Assembly (NCBI RefSeq): GCF_000734015.1 | Contig: NZ_CP008796.1 | Coordinates: forward strand, 1,320,001-1,352,000 | Direction: 5' to 3' | DNA: 32,000 nt | DNA from: Thermodesulfobacterium commune DSM 2178 | GTDB lineage: Bacteria; Desulfobacterota; Thermodesulfobacteria; Thermodesulfobacteriales; Thermodesulfobacteriaceae | In this document: positions 6,880-14,244 of the stretch, piece by piece | Position numbering within the stretch: the first letter of the stretch is position 1 | Layout: the number at the start of each line of letters is the position of its first letter | Notes under the pieces: generated by a model | Database searches by the model: none | What the model was told of the DNA's origin: nothing | The model's input: the letters and a program-made list of their open reading frames with translations, nothing else | Program-made: the position numbers and the translations under genes

Positions 6880-7359
6880 ATGCTCATAGAATTTGAAGAA
6901 GCAATTTTGCAAAGGTTAAAAGAAGAAGGAATAAGTAATGTTCAGGGTTGGTCTGGTAAGGCAGAAGAATTATTTATGAAGCCCAAAACCTATCCTGCAG
7001 TTCGTTATGTTTTTGAAGGTCTTGACTTGCAAGAAACTCTTGCTCCAAACATCTATAATAGCATAATACGGGGTTCTCTTATAGTCTTTTTTCAAAGTTT
7101 AAAAGAAAAAGGGCAAGGAGCTTATCCAATTCTTGAAACCATTTTAAATGCTCTTATGTGGCAAGAATTAAATGGTTATATGGTTGAGATAAAAAAGATA
7201 GAACTTCTTTTCCATGAGAGCATAGATTTTGCCTATCAAGTGAGACTTGAAGCTTATGGTAAATATATTGTGCCTTTTGAGGAAAAAGAGATATTAACAA
7301 CAAGAATTACAACCTATGAGGGAGAAGAATTATCAACAGATGTTAAAAAGGAGGGCTAA
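6880..7359 (+). CDS. Hypothetical neck / tail-completion protein (position of Mu gp37-like protein)
   Basis: 159 aa. The ATG is adjacent to the previous stop. The functional call is by synteny, two genes upstream of sheath. Confidence 0.4.
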   Translation: MLIEFEEAILQRLKEEGISNVQGWSGKAEELFMKPKTYPAVRYVFEGLDLQETLAPNIYNSIIRGSLIVFFQSLKEKGQGAYPILETILNALMWQELNGYMVEIKKIELLFHESIDFAYQVRLEAYGKYIVPFEEKEILTTRITTYEGEELSTDVKKEG

Positions 7360-7362
7360 GAT

Positions 7363-7557
7363 ATGAGATATAGAGTAAAACTAAGCTATCCTACTATTTT
7401 AATGATCGGGCAAGAAGAGTATCGGCTCTTTCCGGGTCAGGAGGTTGAACTTCCTGAATCCGCCGAGGTGGTTAAGACTTACGAGGGGCTTGGCTACCTT
7501 GAGCCTTTGCCAACAAAACCTAAAACCACCAAAAAGGAGGTAAGCGATGCCAGCTAA
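7363..7557 (+). CDS. Small hypothetical protein (position of FluMu gp38-like protein)
   Basis: 64 aa with an AAGGAGGG SD. It lies immediately upstream of the sheath gene and overlaps it. K/T-rich tail. Confidence 0.45.
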   Translation: MRYRVKLSYPTILMIGQEEYRLFPGQEVELPESAEVVKTYEGLGYLEPLPTKPKTTKKEVSDAS

Positions 7558-8812
7558 TTACTTGCATGGCGTTGAAACCATAGAAATAGTAAAGGGACCA
7601 ATCCCGGTCAGGGAAGTAAAATCGGCGGTCATCTTCTTGGTCGGGACAGCTCCGGTGCATCTAACTAAGCCCGCAGGTGTCTCCGAAGCTGACTGGTATG
7701 CCCAGACGATTAACAACCCCGTTTTAGTCCTGAGAAGGGAGGACGGCATAACCTACTTCGGCGATGCCACTCCGGGCTACACCATCCCCTATGCACTTGA
7801 TGCCATTTTTGATCACGGAGGCTCAACCATCATCGTGGTTAATGTCTTTGACCCAAGAAGGCATAAAGATGCAAGCGGAAACCCTGACCCCTCAACCGTT
7901 ATCCAAGCTGACATCATCGGCACATACGACCCGACAACCGGCAAACGCTCAGGACTAAAAGTAATCGACGAGCTATACAGCCGGTTTGGCTTCACCGCAA
8001 AGCTAATCCTTTGCCCGGTTTATTGCGAGTCTCCGGGTGTTATGGCAGAGATGATAGCCCTTTGCGAAACTCATCGTGCTTTAGCTTTAATTGACGCCCC
8101 AGCTGGCTTGACCCCTCAGCAAGTAATCAACGCTCGTGGAGCAGGCGGTCAGCTTAACACTTCTGCTTACAGGGCGGTTATCTGCTACCCCCACCTTAAA
8201 GTCTACGACACCGCAACCAACTCTGAACGCCTTGAACCTTTCAGCCAGCGCTTAGCGGGAGTTATAGCCAAAGTAGACCACGAGGAGGGATACTGGTATT
8301 CTCCATCCAACCATGAGATACTCGGCATAATCGGAGTAGAGCGCCCCATCACCTGCGCCATAAACGACCCAAACACCGAAGCAAACATCTTGAACGAAAA
8401 CGGCATAGTCACGGTCTTTAACAGCTTTGGAACAGGCTACAGGGTTTGGGGCAACCGCTCTGCCGCCTGGCCAACTAAATCCGACCCGAAAAACTTTATC
8501 TCAGTCCGCAGAACCGCAGACATCATCGCTGAAAGCATAGAGTATGCAACTTTGCAGTTTCTGGATAAGCCCATCACTGTGGCTATCGACGGGGTGCTTA
8601 GCATGGTCAATGCTTTTATACGCACCTTAATAGGCAGAGGTGCCCTCGTTGACGGCAAATGCTACTTTCTCAAAGACAAAAACCCAGAGACCAACCTTGC
8701 AAACGGACACCTTACCTTTACTTACGAGATAATGCCACCCACTCCAGCGGAACGCATAACCTTTGAGCAGGTGATAAACATAGAACTACTTAAAAAATTA
8801 GTAGGAGGTTAG
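7547..8812 (+). CDS. Contractile tail sheath protein
   Basis: 421 aa with an AAGGAGG SD. The N-terminus YLHGVETIEI..GPIPVREVKSAVIFLVGTAP is typical of Mu gpL / P2 FI sheaths. The tube gene follows. Confidence 0.8.
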   Translation: MPANYLHGVETIEIVKGPIPVREVKSAVIFLVGTAPVHLTKPAGVSEADWYAQTINNPVLVLRREDGITYFGDATPGYTIPYALDAIFDHGGSTIIVVNVFDPRRHKDASGNPDPSTVIQADIIGTYDPTTGKRSGLKVIDELYSRFGFTAKLILCPVYCESPGVMAEMIALCETHRALALIDAPAGLTPQQVINARGAGGQLNTSAYRAVICYPHLKVYDTATNSERLEPFSQRLAGVIAKVDHEEGYWYSPSNHEILGIIGVERPITCAINDPNTEANILNENGIVTVFNSFGTGYRVWGNRSAAWPTKSDPKNFISVRRTADIIAESIEYATLQFLDKPITVAIDGVLSMVNAFIRTLIGRGALVDGKCYFLKDKNPETNLANGHLTFTYEIMPPTPAERITFEQVINIELLKKLVGG

Positions 8813-8816
8813 AGCT

Positions 8817-9335
8817 ATGGCTATTGAAATCAGCAAGGTATTTAATGCAAGAGTATACATAGATGGCACAGATTTTATTGGGAAGGCTGAAGAAGTAGAC
8901 CTCCCCAAAATCAAATTCAAGTTTGCAGATACAAAAGCACTTGGTATTTATGCAGATAGCGAGCTACCAACAGGACTTGATAAGCTTGAAGCAAAAATAA
9001 AATTTAATTCAGTTTATCCTGAATTTATAGCGCTTGCCTCTGACCCTTTTACTGCAAGAACTGTTATCATTAGAGCTCCATACCAAGTTTGGGCTCAACA
9101 AGGCGTAATAAAGACTGCCCCACTAAGGGCAGAGCTAAGAGGTTTCTTCAAAGAATCAGATAGTGGCAAACTTAAAAAAGCAGACTCAGCAGAAGCTGAA
9201 GCAACTATGTCTGTTATCTATTATAAGCTTGAAATAGATGGACAGGAAATCATAGAAATAGATGTGCTAAATAATATTTATAAGATAAAAGGCGAAGATA
9301 AGCTAAGAGATTATACTCAAGCGATAGGAGGTTAA
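8817..9335 (+). CDS. Tail tube protein (P2 FII / Mu gpM-like)
   Basis: 172 aa with an AGGAGG SD. The pattern NARVYIDGTDFIGKAEEVDLPKIKFK...LGIYADSELPTGLDKLEAKIKF matches the major tube protein pattern. Confidence 0.75.
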   Translation: MAIEISKVFNARVYIDGTDFIGKAEEVDLPKIKFKFADTKALGIYADSELPTGLDKLEAKIKFNSVYPEFIALASDPFTARTVIIRAPYQVWAQQGVIKTAPLRAELRGFFKESDSGKLKKADSAEAEATMSVIYYKLEIDGQEIIEIDVLNNIYKIKGEDKLRDYTQAIGG

Positions 9336-9339
9336 ACAA

Positions 9340-9606
9340 ATGGCTGAGAAAACACAAGCTAAAGAGATTATACTTTCTGATGGACGCAAAGCTGTCATAA
9401 AAGATGGTAAAGGAAGGGACCTTTTTGAAGCAATGAGACTTGCATCTGAACCTGGAGAAATTTCAAAGATGCTTTTAGTTAGACTTGTTGAGATAGATGG
9501 TAAACCTATAACTGAAGATGATATAGATGAATTACCTCTTTCTGATGCTGTAAAGCTTCTTGATGCAATGAGTGATTTACTCCCTTTCACCCGAACTCAG
9601 AAATAA
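9340..9606 (+). CDS. Tail assembly chaperone (P2 gpE / lambda gpG analogue), zero-frame product
   Basis: 88 aa with an AGGAGG SD. It lies between the tube and tape measure genes. The C-terminal ITEDDIDELPLSDAVKLLDAMSDLL is typical of this chaperone family. Confidence 0.7.
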   Translation: MAEKTQAKEIILSDGRKAVIKDGKGRDLFEAMRLASEPGEISKMLLVRLVEIDGKPITEDDIDELPLSDAVKLLDAMSDLLPFTRTQK

Positions 9607-9731
9607 TTTTAAGTTTAATATATCATGGCTTTAGTTATCATGACCTGAAAGAAATGAGTATTGGTGAGATTTTATTTTGGGCTAAAGAATTAGGAAAAGA
9701 CACTTGTCAAGAGAATTGTGTCTCCTTATAA
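9576..9731 (+). pseudogene. -1 frame extension of the tail assembly chaperone (E'/T-like); 3' end displaced by the IS insertion
   Basis: The -1 frame reads ..HPNSEIILSLIYHGFSYHDLKEMSIGEILFWAKELGKD, then runs into the IS and stops at 9729-9731. The likely original tail YILLPRKILRKN-TGA lies at 11024-11062. Confidence 0.55.
9582..9588 (+). promoter_or_regulatory. -1 programmed ribosomal frameshift slippery heptamer C CCT TTC
   Basis: The X XXY YYZ heptamer is in register with the chaperone frame (codons CCT at 9583 and TTC at 9586). The -1 frame is open from 9576. Confidence 0.6.
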
Positions 9732-11023
9732 AATCTCTTTACAAACATTTGCCTCAATTCGTATAAAGCAGACTTAATTAAAGGAAGTGGTTTTTGCCAT
9801 CTCGTTTTCTGAATCCGACTTACTGTTATGTATATCGCAACCTCTGCTGTCTTGATTGATTGAAAATATCCCCCTGTATTTACCCTTATCAGCTCTATCC
9901 TGCTATTTATATTCTCAACCACATTCGTCGTGTATATATACCTCCTCACCCCCTCAGGATATTTCTTATAAACAAAATAATGCTCCTTCTTTTTCAAAAG
10001 TCCCTTTATATAAGCTGGATACTTCTTCTCATAACTCTTACATAATTCCTCAAATCTAATTAAGGCCCTCTCATACTCCTCTATCCTCTTTATAATGCTT
10101 AACTCCTCATAAAATTTTTTAGCATCCTGCTTAGACATGTTCCTGTTGATGTTCCTTTGCATGTGTACAAAACAAAGCTGATGATCTGTCTCAGGAAAAA
10201 GGGCTTTTATGGCTTGAGCAAGGCCAGGAAAATCATCACTCACTATTACCATAACCCTCTTAACTCCCCTCTTTATCAAATCATTAAGTATCTGGAGCCA
10301 GTCCTCCTTCGTCTCTGAACCAAAATAAATGTAATAAGAAAGTAAATTTTTTCTTCCCTCCATATCTATTCCGATGATATTATAAATAACTGCTTTTCTG
10401 ATTCTGTTGGCTTCGGTATCTTTTATCTGAGTATGATAAGCGTCTATAAACATAGCAAACAAATTTTCTGGCAATTCTTTGGTTTTTAATTCTTTGGCTT
10501 GGTTATACAATTCTTCTTTAATTTCTTCTATTTGTTCTGGAGAGTAGGGAAGTTTCATAGATTGCAAGAGGGCTTTGATTTTATTGGGGGAGTAGCTTTG
10601 GAGAACGAGGTTAAGGATAAAGTCCTGGAAAGATTCATCAGCTTTTTGCCATTCAGGAGGAAGAATAGCAGGTCTGAATTCAGATTTTCTATCTCTTGGG
10701 ACAGAGATACCAAGGTTACCTAAGAAACAGGCAAGTTGTCTTTCATAGTAACCATTAGCTTTATTATCAATACTATCTCTAAGGAATATTTCTCTTTCTT
10801 TTTTCATGAGAGCGTTTAAGAGGAGTGCAGCAGCCATTTTGATACCCTCTTTTGATTCAATTTTTGAGATTTCACTTAAAACTTTTTCTAAATCTAAGTC
10901 TAAGTTTTTCATTTTACAGACCTCCTGGTTAGTTTAGTCTTTTAGGTTTTATGTTATCATTAATTTAAAAAATATTAAAAATTTTTATTATGCCTCTAAA
11001 ATATTTTATTAAAAGACACAATT
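9704..11023 (-). mobile_element. IS256-family insertion sequence (boundaries +/- ~10 bp)
   Basis: Single transposase ORF. Imperfect terminal inverted repeats lie at 9714-9737 and 11000-11023 (19/24 match, with the outer 10 bp AATTGTGTCT perfect). The size of about 1.31 kb is typical of the family. Confidence 0.8.
9707..10912 (-). CDS. IS256-family (mutator-type) transposase
   Basis: 401 aa with an AGGAGG SD. Family pattern: VSDDFPGLAQAIKALFPETDHQLCFVHMQRN...YTTNVVENINSRI. Confidence 0.9.
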   Translation of the reverse strand: MKNLDLDLEKVLSEISKIESKEGIKMAAALLLNALMKKEREIFLRDSIDNKANGYYERQLACFLGNLGISVPRDRKSEFRPAILPPEWQKADESFQDFILNLVLQSYSPNKIKALLQSMKLPYSPEQIEEIKEELYNQAKELKTKELPENLFAMFIDAYHTQIKDTEANRIRKAVIYNIIGIDMEGRKNLLSYYIYFGSETKEDWLQILNDLIKRGVKRVMVIVSDDFPGLAQAIKALFPETDHQLCFVHMQRNINRNMSKQDAKKFYEELSIIKRIEEYERALIRFEELCKSYEKKYPAYIKGLLKKKEHYFVYKKYPEGVRRYIYTTNVVENINSRIELIRVNTGGYFQSIKTAEVAIYITVSRIQKTRWQKPLPLIKSALYELRQMFVKRFYKETQFS

Positions 11024-11068
11024 TATATTCTACTCCCTAGGAAAATTTTACGAAAAAATTGAACAATA

Positions 11069-13486
11069 ATGGAAAAGATATTTCAGCTTGCTATACTTTT
11101 TAAAACCATAGATCAAGCAACCCGTCCTATTCGGGAGATTCAGAAAGCAACACAAGCTTTACAAGAGACAGTAGAAAAAACTGCTTCAAAGTTTGCACAG
11201 TTTAAAGAAAAAATAGAAGGATTTGAAAAGAAGGCTCTCTCTATAGAAGGTTTAGTTTCTACAACTGCATGGGTTGGTGCTTCAAAAACTATTCTTGGTT
11301 CCTTTATGGAGCTTGAAGATGCATCATTGAGGCTTAAATCAACTTTTATGGAATCAGGGGGCGTTGTCCCAGAAGTTTTTACCAAAATAGATGAAGAGGC
11401 AAAAAAACTTGGTGCAGAATTACCTGGAACTACTGCAGATTTCTATCGTCTTGCTGCCGTTATGAGACAGCTTGGTGTTGAAGAAGATATTTTGGCAAGT
11501 GGTGGTCTTAGAGCAGCTGCCTATCTTGGAGCTGTATTAAATATCCCTTATGAAGTGGCTGGAGAACATGTCGCTAAATATAGACAAGCATTAGGAATAG
11601 TAGGTAAGGATCTTATACAATTTATTGATCTTATTCAAAGACTGGGTCATCTTGGTGTAAAACCAGGTGAGATGGCTTATGCCTTTTCAAAATTATCTGG
11701 AACTTTAAAACTTTTAGGCTGGCAAGGGCTTGAGTTTGCAAAAGAGCTTTCTCCTATTATTGCAAGATTTATTCAATTGGGTATGTCAGGAGAAACAGTA
11801 GGAACAAATTTAAGTAGGATTTTTACACAAATGTTACATCCTAAAAAATTACATGAATTTACTTCAAATCTTGCTCAATTTGGTATCAAATTAGAGTTGA
11901 TAGATGAAAAAACAGGCAAACTAAAAGGACCAGCTCAACTTATTGCTGAATTCAATAAGATTAAAGAAGCGTATGAAAAAGGTATAATCTCACAAAAGCA
12001 GCTTTATGAAATTGCTAGCAAATTAGCCGGAGAGGAAGGTGAAGACTTACATATGTTAATGACAATTATTCTTGAAGGCGCAGAGAGCTATAACAAAATG
12101 TCTGATGCAATACGAAAACAAGCTGATTTACAACAGCGTATAGGTGTAATAACGAATTCTCTTCGTAACGTGTGGGAAGCTTTCACAGGGACATTGCAAA
12201 ATGTCTTTGCTATTGTTGGCTCAACTCTCGCTCCAACATTAAAGAAGATTGCTGATTTTCTAAACGATCTTGCTGATAACATAGGACAATTTCTTGAAAA
12301 GCATAAAACTCTTGCAAGCATTATAGGCTGGTCAATTGGAGGTTTTGCCCTTTTCACTGTAGGCATAATGGCAACTGCAGGAGCTATTGCTGCAATCATG
12401 TTCCCACTCAAGACATTTATATGGATATTAGGAACATTAGGTCCATTGATGCGAGGAGCGGGTATAGCAACAGGTTTTTTCAGAAATCATTTATTACATG
12501 CTTTACCTGCAATTTGGGCAAAAATCAAAGCTTTAACTATTTTATCAGCTCAGATGGCAAGAATGGCATTTACTGGTTTAATTTCGGGGCTTAAGTCAGT
12601 TATTCTTGCAGTTAGAGCTTTAAGCATTGGGTTCTTTACATCTCCTATTGGCTGGTTTGCTCTTGGTATTATTGCTTTAATCGGCGTGGTTTATCTACTT
12701 TGGAGGCATTGGGATAAGGTTTCAAAAGCTCTATCTACCATCTGGAACTGGCTTAAATCTACATGGGAAAAAGTATCTAATGCTCTACTTACTGTCTGGA
12801 ACTTTCTTAAATCATCTTGGCAAAAAGTCCTTGAAGTCTTTATGTATATCCATCCTCTTGGTATTCTTTTTAAAGCCCTAAATAAACTCGTTCAATATGT
12901 ATTTGGATTGGACCTCTTTACTGCCGGCAAAAAAATTGTGGAGAGCCTCTGGAAGGGTATAGAAGTTCTTGCCATGAAGCCTGTTGAAGCCATGAAAAAC
13001 ATCGTCCAAAAAATAAGAAACCTTTTGCCCTTTAGCCCTGCCAAAGAAGGTCCTCTTGCAGACCTTCATAAAATCAAACTCATTGAAACCCTTGCTGAGG
13101 CAATAACTCCAGCTCCACTTATATATGCTATGACAAAAGCTGTTGAGCCAGTCAGAGCTATTACTCAGCCTTTAATTCAGCCCGTGAAACAGGTTCTTGA
13201 GCCAGTCAGAGCTATTACTCAGCCTTTAATTCAGCCCGTGAAACAGGTTCTTGAGCCAGTCAGAGCTATTACTCAGCCTTTATTTTCACCAACTTTGAGA
13301 TTGCCTGCTCCTGCAATACTTGGAGCCAGTGCAAGTCCTATAAGCATTCATGTTACGCAAAACATCACGTTTCAGCATGGTTCAATTTCTGAAAAGGAAA
13401 AAGAAGCTATAGCAATAGATTTGAAACGTGCTATAGAAAGAGTACTTGAGCAAATTAATTGGGATAAAACAAGAAGAGCATATTAA
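11069..13486 (+). CDS. Tail tape measure protein
   Basis: 805 aa, located after the chaperone. It has an alpha-helical N-terminal region, a hydrophobic glycine-rich central segment and an internal tandem repeat. Confidence 0.8.
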   Translation: MEKIFQLAILFKTIDQATRPIREIQKATQALQETVEKTASKFAQFKEKIEGFEKKALSIEGLVSTTAWVGASKTILGSFMELEDASLRLKSTFMESGGVVPEVFTKIDEEAKKLGAELPGTTADFYRLAAVMRQLGVEEDILASGGLRAAAYLGAVLNIPYEVAGEHVAKYRQALGIVGKDLIQFIDLIQRLGHLGVKPGEMAYAFSKLSGTLKLLGWQGLEFAKELSPIIARFIQLGMSGETVGTNLSRIFTQMLHPKKLHEFTSNLAQFGIKLELIDEKTGKLKGPAQLIAEFNKIKEAYEKGIISQKQLYEIASKLAGEEGEDLHMLMTIILEGAESYNKMSDAIRKQADLQQRIGVITNSLRNVWEAFTGTLQNVFAIVGSTLAPTLKKIADFLNDLADNIGQFLEKHKTLASIIGWSIGGFALFTVGIMATAGAIAAIMFPLKTFIWILGTLGPLMRGAGIATGFFRNHLLHALPAIWAKIKALTILSAQMARMAFTGLISGLKSVILAVRALSIGFFTSPIGWFALGIIALIGVVYLLWRHWDKVSKALSTIWNWLKSTWEKVSNALLTVWNFLKSSWQKVLEVFMYIHPLGILFKALNKLVQYVFGLDLFTAGKKIVESLWKGIEVLAMKPVEAMKNIVQKIRNLLPFSPAKEGPLADLHKIKLIETLAEAITPAPLIYAMTKAVEPVRAITQPLIQPVKQVLEPVRAITQPLIQPVKQVLEPVRAITQPLFSPTLRLPAPAILGASASPISIHVTQNITFQHGSISEKEKEAIAIDLKRAIERVLEQINWDKTRRAY
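13145..13282 (+). repeat. Perfect 54-bp tandem repeat (2 full copies plus 30 nt) inside the tape measure gene
   Basis: Units at 13145-13198 and 13199-13252 are identical. A third partial unit spans 13253-13282. The repeat encodes EPVRAITQPLIQPVKQVL. Confidence 0.95.
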
Positions 13487-13500
13487 GAAAATATTGCTTG
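13487..13500 (+). promoter_or_regulatory. Candidate late promoter / activator site, copy 3
   Basis: Exact 14-mer GAAAATATTGCTTG, starting 1 nt after the tape measure stop and 49 nt upstream of the SD-less ATG at 13536. The -10 element is less clear than in the other two copies. Confidence 0.45.
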
Positions 13501-13535
13501 TTTTTATTAAATCTCATTGCATACATTAAAAATGT

Positions 13536-14234
13536 ATGATAAAAGAGCTAATACAACCTTCTATAAAACTTTTAGCGCATTTAGTCGAATCTGCAGACCC
13601 TTATTTTGCAAAACTTCTTGAAGAGACTATAAAGGTTTTAATCTATAGCAGGATAGATGAACTCCCTGAAGAAGTTTTAGATACCTTAGGCTGGCAATTC
13701 CACATTGAAGGCTTTGACCAAGCCCAAACCGTTCAGGAAAAACGCAACTTAATCAAGCATGCCATCGAGCTCCACAGATACAAAGGAACACCCTACGCAG
13801 TTAAGAAGGTATTTCAAGCCCTAAACTTAGAGGCTGAGCTCTCCGAATGGTTCGACTACAACGGCGACCCATACAAGTTTAAAGTGCTCGTTAAAAACAT
13901 CATACAAGACGAAGACACATATTTGAGGCTAATCGAACTAATCAACGAATACAAAAATGTCCGCAGCTGGCTTGACGTAATCGGCTTCCATCGTGAATAC
14001 AGCCAAACCCTCTACTATGCCTTTGCCCAGAAAAACGGAAAGCATTATCAAATCGGTTTGCATACAGACACATCTGTTGAGCCTTATACCCTTTACGCCG
14101 GTCTTACCCAGAGAGTTGGAACATCTTACCAGATAGGCTTATACGAGCCCCAGACATCCGTTGAGCCTTATACCATTTACGCTGGCTCCGCCCAGAGGAT
14201 TGCAAGCTACATGGCTATATATCCAGCTAATTAG
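13536..14234 (+). CDS. Baseplate/tail protein, P2 gpI family
   Basis: 232 aa. The pattern LIQPSIKLLAHLVE...LPEEVLDTLGWQFHIEGFD...EKRNLIKHAIELHRYKGTPYAVKKVF matches the Tail_P2_I pattern. The fibre gene follows. Confidence 0.7.
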   Translation: MIKELIQPSIKLLAHLVESADPYFAKLLEETIKVLIYSRIDELPEEVLDTLGWQFHIEGFDQAQTVQEKRNLIKHAIELHRYKGTPYAVKKVFQALNLEAELSEWFDYNGDPYKFKVLVKNIIQDEDTYLRLIELINEYKNVRSWLDVIGFHREYSQTLYYAFAQKNGKHYQIGLHTDTSVEPYTLYAGLTQRVGTSYQIGLYEPQTSVEPYTIYAGSAQRIASYMAIYPAN

Positions 14235-14244
14235 GAGGTAAGGA

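Noticed and set aside
7558-8658. Cluster of antisense and alternate-frame ORFs inside the sheath gene (7558-7749, 7764-7958, 7813-7995, 8203-8412, 8437-8658)
   Set aside because: They occur only where GC content rises, so stop codons are depleted. All lie within a strongly supported sheath CDS. I treated them as compositional artefacts.
9303-9590. 95-aa minus-strand ORF antisense to the tail chaperone gene
   Set aside because: It is serine-rich and low-complexity, fully antisense to a syntenic chaperone gene, and has no ribosome-binding site.
13145-13282. Possibility that the perfect tandem repeats are a CRISPR array or att-type repeats
   Set aside because: The units abut directly with no spacers, are in frame and translate into a coherent repeat within the tape measure ORF. 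No cas genes are present.
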